A DNA stretch of 60,363 bases, the filler included, from Sphacelaria rigidula (Eukaryota), in the NCBI GenBank assembly GCA_964200075.2. It is 5 parts of 5 records of this genome, joined end to end, with 100 filler letters (N's around TTAATTAATTAA, not from the genome) between each part and the next. Parts side by side here need not be neighbours in the genome. Positions count along the whole stretch, not along the records: positions 24,188 to 36,179 come from CAXNAA020004262.1; positions 36,280 to 48,271 come from CAXNAA020004263.1; 3 more parts are not named here. One strand, given 5' to 3'. A model generated the notes under the pieces. The model saw nothing but the letters and a program-made list of their open reading frames with translations. It was not told the origin of the DNA and made no database searches. Made by a program: the position numbers and the translations under genes. Positions 26,341 through 39,640 of the stretch are shown piece by piece. The first letter of the stretch is position 1. Each line of letters opens with the position of its first letter.

Positions 26341-29300
26341 ATATCGATATTTGTGCCAGTGCTAGTGAGTGCTTGAAATCTGCTGAGAAGGATCGCCGCG
26401 GAGTGAGTCTGGCAACTGGGGACAACCTGACATCACGGGCGCGTGACATGGGTTAAAGCTGGTGGTGGCTGCAGAAGGCGGCTGGCTTGTGATTGATCCA
26501 GACTGAAGACTTGCTGAAGCTTCGTGCAGCGGGAGTTTGGAGGCTCCTACGACTGTGTGGTGCGGCGACGAAGCAACGAAAATGCAATTCGCGAAGGTCC
26601 GCTGGCCTGCAGAGGTTTGCAGGTAGCCGGTTACAGCTACAGCTATGGCTACCGGCTCATGAGGTACGTCCACAGTGACACCCATGGTCATGCGGGAAGA
26701 ATTGCGACCTCCCCAATACGGGGACAGGTACTCAGAGAGTGCATCTCGCACGTTTTATACAAAATACTTAGAGTACAAGAGGCGTGTGGAGCACGCTAAT
26801 GCAGGGGGTGCCGTGCGGCATCAGGTGGTGACTATGGCTCAACAAGCACCGACTCATGTACAGTGAGTGTTCGCTCGTTTGAATAATAACGAGAGCACCA
26901 TCACCTCGCCGCAATTGGTTGCGGCGATCAAAAGCATGCAGGGCATGCGGTGGGTGCCGAAATGGGTTTGATCCAAGCGTGCGCGGTCGTGGCGAAAGCT
27001 GTCGCAATGGGTTCTCGGAGGAAAACGATGTTGGAGCGTGTGGAGCCCATCTTGGCTAATTTGGAGAAGTACTTCACGGAAACTCCGAACGTAGAACTAC
27101 TACGTCGTTCCCCCGATGGTAAGATCATTCCCGGCCCGGCAGCAGTAATCACTAAGACTTTAGTGGAGGGGTTGGCACCCGACAATTTCAAGCAAGCCGT
27201 GCTTGTCAAGCTGCAGCACCAATCAGATTGGAAGGACGACGCGTACCTGGTGATGAGCACCGTCGTGACCGAGGCCAAGGAGTGGCGGAAAATAGAGGTG
27301 TTCGGCTAGTCGTCCACCTCTTCGCCGAAATCTTCGCGCAGCCTTGGCTTGAAATCTGCTGGTCGCGCCGCGAGTATTACTTGCCACCGCCGTGGCCAGG
27401 TCGGCCATTACGCGCGCGATTGCCCATCGTCTTCCGGTGGAGAGTCTGGGCGGTCTAGTGCCGCGCGCCATAAGCATCGTCAGCACAAGGGCAAAATACG
27501 AGGTAATCGTGGTGGCGGCGGTGGATCCTCGGGTGATGGAGGGTCACAGGCGAGCCCTCAGCAGCAGCAGCCGCAGCCGCAGCAGCAGCAGGGGCAGCGG
27601 CATCAGCATGGGCCTGGCTCCGGGTCCGGCGCCACAGTAGGTCCTGCTGCTCCGCAGCGGGCAGTGCAGGTGGGCCCGACTCCTGAAGAGTCGAACGCTG
27701 CGCCGGCGCCGGTGGTGCCGCCGCCGGCGACACCGGCAGCAGCACCAGGCGTGACGCCTGTTGACGCGCTGGTCGGAGGGTCGCCAAATTCTTGGTTTGC
27801 TGGCTGGGAGGCGTACCCGCTGGTGGTGCCGTTGGAACCTGCCGGGGCGTCTTCGCCTGCGCAGCTTGCGCAGCCCTGGCGTCAAGTGGGAATAGCGGCG
27901 CATAGGTCAGCGGAAAACGTTCCCGTGGAGCTTTCCGACAGATACATTCCGGCGAAGTTATGTCTTCCGAATCAACGACAGCGTGGAGCCATTGTAGTTC
28001 GGTCTGTGTTGGATTGTGGCGCCCACTCCACTAGTCTGCAGGTGCAGATGGTTGAGATGATGGAGCGACAACTCCCGGTGGTGCCGCTGCGCATCCCGTT
28101 TTCGCTCGGGGCACGGCAGGCAGTCACCGCGTCAGATCAGCATGTTTCAGTCACGGAGCGTACTGTTCCGTTGCAGCTAGCCTCCAAGACTGCTTGGGGA
28201 CTGGCGCCGTTGCCTCCGATCTCGTTTGCGATTATGCCAGGGTCGGATGGCGTCGTTCTTCTGGGGCTGCCGACGCTACAGGATCTGGGAGTCGACCCGT
28301 ATGAGCGGTTGAAGGACTCCATCGAGACGCGGATGTCTCCGCCTGGTCCGCACGTGGAAACGCCCGCCTTTTGGGGCAGTCGTCGTATGAGCTTGTCGGT
28401 GAATGCTTTTCAGGAGGCTGTGGGGAAGGTGACCGAGGAGCGGGATGCGGCGGTGGGACGCTTAGTAGAGCGTGGCCCGGATATGTTCATGGACCTGGCG
28501 TAAGAGGAGTCCGCTCGGAAGTTCGTGCTGGAGGAGATCGTGACGGATGTTGTGGCGAAAGGCCTCAGCGTCCCCGAAGCGGAACGCCTGCGCAGCATCT
28601 TACATCGCCGCATCAATGCGTTTCGTCGTGCGCCGCGGGGTGATCCCCCTGCGCGCATGGAGCCCATGCGTGTTCAGCTGAAACCTGGGGCATCCGAGGT
28701 GAAGGCAAAGCCGCGGCGGTACGATCCGGTGAAGTCGAGCTGGTTGATGTCGTGCATGGCGGCTCTTTTGGTGCTTGGGTTGGTAGTGCGGAACCTGCAT
28801 GCTGTATGGTCCAGCCCGGCGATGGCGGTTCCCAAGAAACATTCGTTTCAACTGGTAAGCGCCTACAAGGCCGTTAATGATTAGGTTGAGAAGTCGCCGG
28901 GTGTGATGCCCAATCAAGAGGGGGACATGCGTGATCTCTTGAGTGCTCATTTTTATGGCAAGTTGGACCTCCTCCAAGGTTATTGGCAGATGCCGTTGGC
29001 GGAGGAGGCACAGGAGATTTTCACAATCACGACCCCGTTAGGCTTGTTTACCCCGAAGCGAGTACCGCCAGGCGTGTTGAATGCCACGGCATATTTTCAA
29101 GGTATCATGACAAAACTGCTTGTCGGCTTGAAATGCAAGATATGGGTGGATGATGTCTTTTCCTCGCGGATACGAAAGACGAATGTTTGGACACGCTCAG
29201 TGCTATCTTGGCCCGTTTAGAGAATGTTGGTTTGTTTGCGGTGGCGCACAAATGCACTTTCTTCGCTAGCGAACTCGTATGGTGTGGGAAAGTGTACTCA

Positions 29301-31734
29301 CACGGACGCGTATCTCATGACCCTGTCAGATTGCAAAGCTTGTCTGACATGCGGCACCCGCAGACGGCCGCAGAACTCATGCAATTCCTGTAGACCGTGA
29401 ATTGGCTGCGTACCTCGTTGCCGCGTGTGGCAGAACCCGTAGCTCCCTTGCGCTTTTTCCTCGAAAACCTCATGGTGTGCTGCGAGGCGGACGAAGCGTG
29501 TTGCAAAAAACCGCGCTACTCCGCCTGTATTGTGGACGGCGGGTAGCTTGCAGGCGTGGGCGGCAGCGAAGGATCTCGTGGCTCACGCCGTGACGCTGTT
29601 CCATCCTCGTCCAGATCGTCAGGTGCTAATATTTCCGGATGCATCTCAGTGTCATTGGGGTAGTTTCGTTACGCAGGTACCTAAAGCGGAAATGCAAAGA
29701 CGCCTGCCAGTTGAGGACATGGCCTATGAACCACTGACTTTCCTCAGTGGTAATTTTAAGGGTTCGCCGTTGCGTTGGGCCACAATTGATAAGGAAGGCT
29801 TTGCTATCGTAAGCACTTTTCGTCGTTTGGGGCATTGTTTGTGGGATGGCGTACACATTTTCACGGATGACCGAAATCTCGTGTATATTTTCAACCCGGA
29901 AGCGTGCGTAATGTCTGTGTCGGAAGCATTGGCACAACGTTTGGAGGGTTGGAAAGCTGTTCTTGGTCAGTACCGTTACTTGATTTGCCATATTTCGGGT
30001 GACCGTAACGCGTGGGATGACTTCTTCCGCGTTGGGTGAATATGTCGGCTTTGCCTGTGCGTGCTGTGGCTGTTTATGGTCCGTATGAAGATGATGACTC
30101 GATGGCGTCCAAATCTCTTGTCCTCCAAGCGTAACGAAAAGACTTCGGGGCCTAATGCGAATGTGCAATCTTTCGAGTGGGACGTCGCTACTTCTATCTT
30201 GGACAATGAAGGTCTGGTTTGTGTACGTGTGCGTGGCCGAAACGTTTTGTGGATTCCGAGTTCTGACGAGCAGTTGCAGGTGCGTCTGATGATTTGCGCA
30301 CACATGCGCGACGCTGGGCATCGTGGTGTGGCTTCGATGCTCGTGAGTTTGCAAAAGGTTTGTGTCTGGCAGGGGATAGAAACTCATGTGCGGTAATTTT
30401 TCCGCCAGTGTCTTCACTGTGCTGACTCGAGGGCGGGCAATATTGTTCCCCGCCCGCTCGGCAAACCGGTCCATGGGACCACGCTGAATGAAGTCGTTCA
30501 TTTTGATTTCTTGCACGTGGGCGAGAGTGGCCCGCTAGCTACCCAAGGTTTGTCGGAGGATGCTGGGTTTCGATATACTTTGGTAATCATGGATGATTTG
30601 AGAAATTTTGTGGCTCTGGAACCAGTAGCAGTATGTACTGCTGAATCGACTGCTGTGTCTTTGCTGAATTGGTGCAAAACTTTGGGGGTGCCCCGTGTGT
30701 GGGTGAGTGATACCGCCACGCATGTCAAGAATGCGATCTTGGCCCGATTGCGGAAGGCTTTGCGCGTTGATCACCAGTTTGCGGTAGCGTATTCTCCGTG
30801 GTCTAACGGTACGTGCGAACACATGGTTAAGGAAGTAGTTCGTGCTCTTCGATCTATTCTTCTCGAGCAGCGTCCAGAGGTGAACGAGTGGGTGGACGTG
30901 TTGCCCGCTGTGCAAAAGGGGCTAACTACAGCATATCGCCGTCGGTACGATAGTACGCCGTATCACGTGATGTTTGGCCGCGCACGTCGGACGTCTTTCT
31001 CGGTCTTGCCGTCCTCATCGGCGGGGGAGTGGAACTGTGATGTCCTAGACGACGAGTAACTGAAGCGTGCGTTGCAAGGAAGTTTGAAATTGCAGAAATG
31101 TTTCCACGTTCAAGTGCAGGAGCGTGTTGCCGCTGAACGTGCCCGTAGACGTGAGGGGTCTTCGTCCGGGCTGAAATTGCCGAATTTCGAGGTGGGCGAT
31201 TATCTTTTGTATGCACGCGTGCGTCGCCCGGGAGTTACGCCTAAATTGATGGCGACGTGGACTGGTCCGTGGAGAGTGATTGGTGCTAATCACCTGCATG
31301 TGCTTGAGATCCAAATTATGGTTTCGGGTCGTGTTCAGACCGCCCATGTAGCTCGTCTGCGTTTTATGCAGACTCACAGCTTAATGTAACGGCAGACGTG
31401 AAGGATGTGTTTCAGCACGCTCTCAACCAGGGGCGATTTCAGATGGCTGGGATTGTTCGCGTGGCAGAGGCAGAATATCGTTCGTTGATCGTGTTGGTCG
31501 ACTGGGTAGGTTTTGAAGTCGAGAAGCGCACGTGGGAGCCTTTTGAAACTATTTTTGAGGCCTCTCCGGAATTTCTCAAAAAGGACTTGCGTAAGATGCG
31601 AGTGACTCGTTCCATTGCTGCTTGCATTACGTGTGAGTTTGGGATTCAGTCGTGACTTGCTCAATAGTTTTGGCGTTATTTTTCCGGGTGTCAAGCTTGT
31701 TGCTCGATTCTCGTCCAACGCGCTTTGAGCGTGC

Positions 31735-31984
31735 TATGACGAAATCACGCCTTCACGTTGAGTGTATATAGTGATGATTGGATGATGACTTGGGATATGT
31801 AGTGATGTTATGGATGATGACATGGACACAGGGGTGATACCATGATGTGGTGTCTGGAGCCTCCTGGATGGCATCCCTGACTGATGGAATGTTGTAAAGC
31901 CTGATGACTGAAACTGAGACCAGTTAGACTGGGGAGTCCCTTAACAGCAGTGATCCAACAGTGTTTCCACTGGCTGGTGTCACA
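31735..31984 (+). repeat. 3' LTR (TATGAC...GTCACA)
   Basis: Direct repeat of the 5' LTR with the terminal TG mutated to TA. Confidence 0.93.
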
Positions 31985-32720
31985 AGTCATGTATTGAGGT
32001 TCAGACCTGTTAGCGCGGTGAGGCTCCCATCCTACCTGTTAGAAATATATGGCTATCATGGCTTTGTGTGCAATATACGCAGTGTTCACCTGTAACGTTG
32101 ACAATGAGTTCAACGCGTGAACCCAGCTCTGACAAAAGAGCTCGCAGAGGCGGCACAGTGTTGGTGAAAACTTGCTCGTGCAATAAACGAAACTATAGTG
32201 TAAACTTAACACTTCACTTGGCCGAACTCAAATAAGAAGAACAGCCACTACTCTACAGAAACTAAATGACAAGCTGATGGGCCTACTTGAGCTGGGTCGC
32301 TTTGGGGAGTGACAGCGCAGGGCAATGTCAAATCTCTCGACAGAACTCCTTGACACTATGAAACTGTTCATCCAAACTGTCGATACCTTGGACTCTTCGT
32401 ACTCAGCTCTTCAATATGCAGACAATATGCTGCCTTTCTATATACGAGGTGTACAGTACATCAGATATTCGTGATTCTACGATGAATATTCTACCTCTTC
32501 GGTTACTCCTACAATCTTTGGTATAATGATGACCCGTGAGTGGGTTTACCGCTAATCTCGAGTATGTATATTCGAAACTGTTAGCTCTTGAATTCCAACA
32601 CCACCAATAAGGCCGCTTCTTGCAGGCTGAAATAGTCTCTCTGAGAACTGCCTTCTTGAACCTTTCATCACGGAATATTGGCGAAAAACTGGCCTTGGTG
32701 GATTTGAACACTACCAATAT

Positions 32721-33199
32721 GGCCGCTTCTTACAGACTGAAAAAAGTCTCTCTGAGAACTGCCTTCTTGAACCTTTCATCACGGATTATTGGCGGAAAAC
32801 TGGCCTTGGCGGATTTGGTATTGGCAAAAAAACTGGCGAGGTTTTTCACCGGGATTCTAGTGCACTTTTCCGGTTGTTTATACGCCCATTTCTACTTTTG
32901 GCTGAGTTTTAAATTTGTTTCAGTCGCCCGCAAAATTGTCCAGTGGTCGAAAAAACGTACGTACATTTTCCCGACAACTTGAAGTTGTTTGGGGCGGCTG
33001 AAATAATCCAGAATAAGGCCAAACGTCAAAATGGGCGCACGAAAGACTGCACAAGCGCGCTGGAATCCTCGTGAAAAATAAAGCAGATCTTTCCGAGGAG
33101 GCCCAATCCGCCAAGGCCCGTATTCTGCAAAACATCCGCGTTGAAGGGTTCAAAAGGGCAGTTCTCAGAGAGACGTTTCTCAGTCTATAAGGAGCGACC
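32721..33199. mobile_element. Palindromic (foldback) Harbinger-like MITE family C, with a 110-bp tandem duplication of its left end at 32597-32706
   Basis: GGCCGCTTCTTACAGACTGA... mirrors ...TCAGTCTATAAGGAGCGACC, and the arms pair to a centre near 32960. Second copy at 47753-48208. Confidence 0.8.
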
Positions 33200-34267
33200 T
33201 GAATTTCGAGATACACACTCGCAGAGTCCATCCATCAGATTCGCAGACCCGCGATATATCAGCCAGTGTCATAAAGACGCATATTAGCCTGTTGTCATGC
33301 CGCTTCAGACCCGTGGCGGAGTCTGGCTTTTTGCTTCCTTGAGTTTCGGTAGCCAAGATTGCAGGTCTGTTCAGAGTTGGTCGGGTACGAATATGAGCTT
33401 GTATATTGGTAAGAGATGGCGAGCCAGATCGGCTGGAACCGATATAGCTCGCCCATCCTCCCCCCTACCAAATGCTCCCCTACTGCTTTCCAGCAAAATA
33501 AATCTAACCATCGGTGAGACGTATTGACTGGTTTGGATTGGATTGATTGATTGGGTACTGGAGTTAGAATCAAGGTAACCAAGAAGAAGTGAAGAACCTA
33601 TTGCGTGACAACTCGTATGATATTTGGATGCTGAGCAGGTCACACGGTATCTACAAGTTGTAGCACCCTGACGGTTCTACACTTGCCTGCTAAGCTTGTG
33701 CCTTGAGTTGCAAGCTGTGTCGTTGCATTATATCACCGGGCGCTCTTCATTACATCGGCGTTTGACTAAGGAGCATCTTCTTTGGTTATTGCGTTTCCTT
33801 CTTGATACCGATCTTTATCCCTGCTGCCCAGCTGCGTAACCCCAGCTTTGTGATCATTTTGCCCCCTTCCGTTTCCTTCGGGACAGCTATAGTCGAATCT
33901 ATCGCTTCCGATAGTTAGTAGCTTCTAAAGCTTCTGCCCCGTGTGTCCCTTGATAAAGAGTATTCGTGCCCTGCTACTTTCAACTTGCTGTAGCGTTTGA
34001 CTGCACATCTTGTGCTACGTGGGGTCAACGCGCACTGCCTGCTACTTTCGCCGTGCTGTCAATTTGGACATCGCCTGCAGAGGGTTGCACGGCATCAGTT
34101 CCCACTGCACGTGGTAAATCGCTTGGTGATTCATTCAGTCAGGCACGATCAACGCGCCAAGCCATCGTTGGCTCGTGTATTTGGTCTTGTTGCTCCCCTT
34201 TCCTTCTGCTGAAGAACTCTTCTACTACAGGTTCGTACAGAACACCAGTGCACACAGGCGCACTGTT

Positions 34268-35077
34268 GTTCATAAGCCAGCCGCTGTCCCTGACCTGAGC
34301 TCCTGCCAAGTCAGCACGCTGCTGCTCATATTTTTCAATACCGATTGTACGCGACTGTTGTATCTTTCCTTCACGAAAATACTGAACAAGTACAAACCGT
34401 GCTCCCACATTGTGACAAGGGACATCTCTACACGAAATTTGGACCTGTTCCGGCACTTTAACTTCGTTGCTTGTAGCTACTTTGCTGTTGTTGTAGCTTT
34501 AGCTTCGTCGCTTGTGGCTACTTTGTTGTTGTTGTCCTCTTCTGTACTTCGCACAACCGTAAGGCAACGGGGTACATCACCGTGGTAAGTAACTATACAC
34601 AGTACAACGTACTGTGAGTTTTCCTCCTTTGACCCCCTCTCGAACAAGCAAATTTATTATTCCGAGACGGTTTCGTTGCGATAATACTCGTTGAAACATT
34701 TCAAACCTACGTTACGTGCTCATTTGAAGAGCACTCGAAACCAGGGCCCCTTGCCTGTGCACTACAATCGTTCGGCACCAGCTCTCAGCGTTGCCTCTGT
34801 TGTGCACTACGTCACCCTTGTTCCACATACATACATCGCCTCAACTCCGTCGGGTAACAAGCCTTCGCTCTGCACTACGCAGTCCGATTTCGCGGTCTAC
34901 AACCCAAGCTTTGTAAAAGTATTTTGTGTTGCCTCACGCTGCACAAGTTTCGTTCCCATCTGAAGAAATAATAATTAGTTTCATTTGCACACCGCCAGTC
35001 GTCCCTCAGCTTGTGCCGGAACAATACAGTTATAATCTGCCCGTGACGCAACACCCAGAGCACGTCTAAGTTATACG
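34268..35077 (-). repeat. Right arm of ~800-bp inverted repeat
   Basis: Reverse-complement match to 24823-25622. The ORFs at 25303-25545(-) and 34175-34588(+) end in the same peptide, VLRTTVRQRGTSPW. Confidence 0.85.
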
Positions 35078-35652
35078 CGCTGGGCCAGCCTTCAAACGGG
35101 TTTAAGCTCGAAAAGCAATATCTCATCGACACAGCCGAGTTGGGCCGTGATCGGCATATCTTATTAATCGTCCAATCAAGGGGAAGGTGCCCATCTGCTC
35201 AACAGATTGGGCCCATATTTTCTCGTTGATTAAACCCTATGTCTAGTAATTCCTATACCTAAGGGAGATGGCGCCTATACTGAAATCTCTATGGAACTCC
35301 CGATCGATGCATTTAGCGGATGGCAACGAATTTCGGTGTGGACATTCTCTGGAGCAAGGGGAGACGACATATACCTTCACCTTCACCTAATTCGTTATCT
35401 ATCCCGAGATATGATGCACATACGTTTATATTCTAAAATCAATATATTACGAGCAGAGGCACTGAATGTCCTGAATCTGGATATCGCGTCTCAGTTTTTG
35501 AGAGTTGTTCCATGAAATTTCATGTGGTGAGCCGCTAGTACATAATAGAAATAAATAAAAACGGCTTGTCACCTCTTTCATTTTTTCTTGTTCTTTTTTC
35601 ATTTTTTTCGTGTTTTTAGTGGAGTTTCGAGGAGAAATATACATCGCTGCTA

Positions 35653-36103
35653 GGCCTTATCTCAATGTTTAAGCTTAGGTTTTAGAATTTTGATCTAAAA
35701 GTTAGCATGGAGGACCACAAAAGAGTGCCGGATAAAAAAAAATATGGGCCTTCATTTTTTTTTTTACAGAGGTTAGGACCTTATCGTGAAGAAATGGTCT
35801 TTACTATACCAAAGCGCCCTCAACCAGTGGGAAAATGACTTCAAAAAATTTGGACCACTGATTTTTTTATAATTATGCGCTGACGAGGGCCCACGCAAAA
35901 TTTCAATACACAACAACCAAACGTGGGCCGGTGAGTGGCCTGCGAAATACTGTTCCGAAATTCTACCGATCCGATTCTCAAAAGGCAAATGCGCCGGGCA
36001 ATATTTACAGTTGAACCCTGAAATTTGGTATGGACAATGCATGGAGCATAATAAAAAATCGGGGAGAAGCACGTGAAGTTTTTTTTTTTCGTGAGATAAG
36101 GGC
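35653..36103. mobile_element. Possible MITE
   Basis: Short TIR-like pair GGCCTTATCTCA / TGAGATAAGGGC around A/T-run-rich non-coding DNA. Confidence 0.35.
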
Positions 36104-36179
36104 AAAAAACAGTTTTCAGGTTTAAGAAAAACGCCCTTAACTCACGAAAAAAAAAAAACTGCATGTACTTCTTCCCAAT

Positions 36180-36279
36180 NNNNNNNNNNNNNNNNNNNNN
36201 NNNNNNNNNNNNNNNNNNNNNNNTTAATTAATTAANNNNNNNNNNNNNNNNNNNNNNNNNNNNNNNNNNNNNNNNNNNN
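36180..36279. other. Artificial contig spacer
   Basis: N44-TTAATTAATTAA-N44. Confidence 0.97.
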
Positions 36280-36490
36280 ATATTATATTTGATATATTAC
36301 ATATCGTATATTATAGTTCATATATAATATTTCATATAACATACGTCTATATGTTATATATATGATATACAACATAGGTCTACATAATATTGTATATATA
36401 GTCATTAATATATTATTTTTCATATATTATATTTCATATAAATAGGTTTATGGTATTGGTCTATATTTTACATATTATTCTCCTCAATAT

Positions 36491-36751
36491 GATCAATGCT
36501 ACGATAGGGGTTGCACTTTTTGTTTCTGGGTGTCGTTTTTGTCGGAGCCCAGATATGTGGGGCTTACTGTGCAACCCAAATATCCGGGGACAGGACATGG
36601 AGATGCACACAGGGGCCTTTTCATGAATCGGCAGTATTATCAGTTTCTTTCAAGTGAAAATGATGCCGATTCTCAAAATAAATGATGCGGGCAACACCAC
36701 GACCGAGAAGCATTTCCGCTCAAAAAGTGCAACCCTACCGTAGCATCACTC
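36491..36751. mobile_element. MITE with family A TIRs, inserted in AT-rich low-complexity DNA (36280-36940)
   Basis: ATGCTACGATAGGGGTTGCACTTTTTG / CAAAAAGTGCAACCCTACCGTAGCAT; the interior differs from the 10115 copy. Confidence 0.8.
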
Positions 36752-37483
36752 ATATATACTGTATTGTTTATATTATAGACAATATATTTATATGTTATAT
36801 ATTTGTATATATATAAATATTCATCAAGGGGCAGTATATACTATATTGCATATTTATATATGAAAATATATTAGCTAAACATATATACGATCCTTATATT
36901 TTATAATATATAAATATGTAAAGGACAGCATAATAATAATAAGCAAACATACACCCCGCGAAGCTCACCAAACTTTTCGGATTTTGTCAATGTTCATTGA
37001 TCAATTTCTTGCAACAAAGTTATAACAGGAAAAAAAAATCAGGATAGTTTTGATTGTCGAAAAAACGCCCTTCGGCATCTGAGATCATCGGGACAGAACG
37101 GGCAAGGAGGAGCAGAAGAAGCAGATATACAGTACAAACCCCACAAAGCCCATCAGACTTTTCGGTTATTGTCAGCGTTCAGTGATAAATTTCTTGTAAC
37201 AAAATTAACAGAAATAATCAAAACAGCGTTTAGTGATCATTTCCTTGTGACAATCTTGACAACAACAAAAAACGAAAAAATCATGACAATTTTCGAAAAA
37301 TTGTCCTCCGGGAGGGGGGGGGGGGGGCTACGTGCCCCGAAATAAAATCCACTACTACCCCTTGGTTTGGCCCAAAAAAACTGCGGCCATCGGAAAACGC
37401 GAAGATGCCATTCAGAGTGCTTCTGATCGTACACGCACGCAGCCATTCAGCTACTCAATACAAATCCTCTACCGCGATTTTCA

Positions 37484-37761
37484 TCCTCTCGAGGGTAAAC
37501 TGTCCTCTAGAGGGTATTTCATCCCCAGGTGCGATCATAAACGAATCCGCTAGGTGGAGGGCATGTGATGCTCCAGTGACTTCTGAGGTCTGACTCCCTC
37601 GAGAGTAACAAAAAGATGGTGCTCTGGAGGGCCGCGCATCCTCCAAATTTCTCCAGAGGGATGCGCGGGCTTCCAGGGGCAAAATAAGCCTCTGGAGGCG
37701 TTTGATCCCACCCCTCTGGAGGGCCGCGCACCCTCTGGAGGCGTTTTATTCCTCTGGAGGC
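37484..37761. repeat. Cluster of near-palindromic CCTCTGGAGG/CCTCTAGAGG motifs
   Basis: About 9 copies of the motif, irregularly spaced, within 280 bp. Confidence 0.7.
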
Positions 37762-39442
37762 TCGAAAAGTTGACCGGAACAGAGTATTTATGGGGGTAGC
37801 TGAGTGGCCGTGTGTGTGTGTGTGACGTGTATATTGAGTTCAGTATCCAGTATAATAGTAATAGTATTGCGTGCGCCTCATCGTTCAATAGATAAGGCGA
37901 AATAGGCGAAGGTGGGAGTACCGATCGTTCCCTCGTGCTCCAGGCAATATTTACACCAAAAGCATCATGCATTCTTTCGTCTACTACGTACAGGTATATC
38001 CGTCGGGATATACGAAGTATATCCTACTCGTACAACAGCGGAACATCGGATACAGACTCTCGTGTGGACCCTACGCAGTATCTCTCGTACAAGTATATAC
38101 GGTACAAGAACTGATTCCCCGACATTGCGCTCTAATCAACGAGAAAGACTTCGCCCAGGCGTTTGAGCAGATGAGCACCTCCCGCATGATTATACAACTA
38201 ATAAGATGTGCGGATCACGACCCAATTCATCTGTGTCGCCGATGAGATATGGCTAGGCCCTCTGCCACAGGGAGTAAGTACAGTAGTATTGATTAAAAAA
38301 TAGTGTCCGCAGACTGTCGATACTGATGTAGATAATGCTTAACCGCGGGTCTGAAAAGAAAAGCTAATATGAGTCGTACCCATCGTGCAGGCCAGTGGCA
38401 GCTACCAGAGGGAACGGAGTACATGCAAGGAGTGCGTAGCACCGAATCTATGATACGCGTTATTCTGGCGGCGTCTGCATTCCTGGCTTCATACCACAGG
38501 TGAAATCTCAATATGCTGCCATGCATAGGTGTTGAACTCCAATTGCACAAGTACAATACCGCAGCATTACCAGTCGGGAAGAGTATAGTGATGAGAGCAG
38601 ACTCAGCGCCGGCATCGAGGGTAGGCAGCATCCCACAAAGAAAGGGCACGTGGAGGCTGGGATACTGGGCAGTGCCGACTGCAGTACTCTTTGCACCACC
38701 CGGGGCTTTTGCATTCCCTATCTTCAAGCCCGGTGTTTTGTTCCGATCGTGCAAGCCCCAAATCCAGCGTACAACAGTACCGTAAGATTAAGCCTTGCGG
38801 TTCAAGACGGTGGCAGGTATTTCCCCCCTTCATCGGTGTGCAATTTGTGATGGAGCTCTGCTCGAGGTGCTCAGACATCATGTGACTACAGTGAAGTACA
38901 CTCCTATCTCGTTTTCACATGGAAAGCCATTGCCAGATTCGGGTGTATATCTGCAGGCACTCCCCCGAACTTGGGCTGCTGCAATCCGATTGGTCAAAAC
39001 GGAGCTCGTTGATTCCTTCTAGCACCCATCCGATCAAACCTGGACCACCTACGCCAGCACTTTTGCCATCCTCCGAACCGTAGCGGAGCTGTTTTAGATG
39101 CCCAGTGTCGCACCTGGCTTGGTGTCATGTTTTTCATCACTCCTCCAAAAACAATAAACGCTTAGGTCAGCAGACTCGATATACAGTAGTGGCCGGCTTG
39201 ACTATTCAGGGGTGTTTGGGGGTTTTCCCCGCGTACTACTCTTTGGTAGAACTCGACATTGCTAGCATCGGTAGATCTTGGTAAAATAAACAGATCATCC
39301 TCGAAACACAGTGCCGGAGTCGGTGTTAGTTGGTGTCATCGAGCGATACGAGTAAATACCCCGTTTTCAGGAGGGTGTTATTGACCGTGAAACCCAGTTT
39401 TTCGCCTCTAGTGCAATGAGTAGGTGGATTTTAAAACAATAA

Positions 39443-39640
39443 GGCCGCTTCTTGTAGACTGACAATAGTCTCTGAGAAACATCGTTTTTGTCAGTCTCCA
39501 GAGACTTTTTCAGAACGCGACCTTAAAGGGCCATTTTTCCTTTTAAAAGTCTCTGGAAACTGGCCACAATTCGCAGACAGCGGGATTTTGCCAAATCTCT
39601 CTGTGAAAAGCCATTGATTCGCAGAGACGTTTCTCTCTGG
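39443..39640. mobile_element. Fragment related to MITE family C
   Basis: TAA followed by GGCCGCTTCTTGTAGACTGA, then repeated GTCTCTG/CAGAGAC motifs. Confidence 0.5.

Larger units (their letters stand above)
26093..31984 (+). mobile_element. Full-length but inactivated Ty3/Gypsy chromovirus-type LTR retrotransposon
   Basis: Two LTRs. Gag with CHRRGQVGHYARDC knuckle, protease VLDCGA, RT (KLDLLQGYWQ, IWVDD), RNase H (IFPDAS, DKEGFAI, IFTD), integrase (GHRG, CLHC, HFDFL, VSD, SPWSNG, TWTGPW) and chromodomain (VDWVGF..RTWEP). Multiple stops and frameshifts. Flanks AGTA/AGTC suggest a 4-bp target-site duplication (TSD) with one mismatch. Confidence 0.96.
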
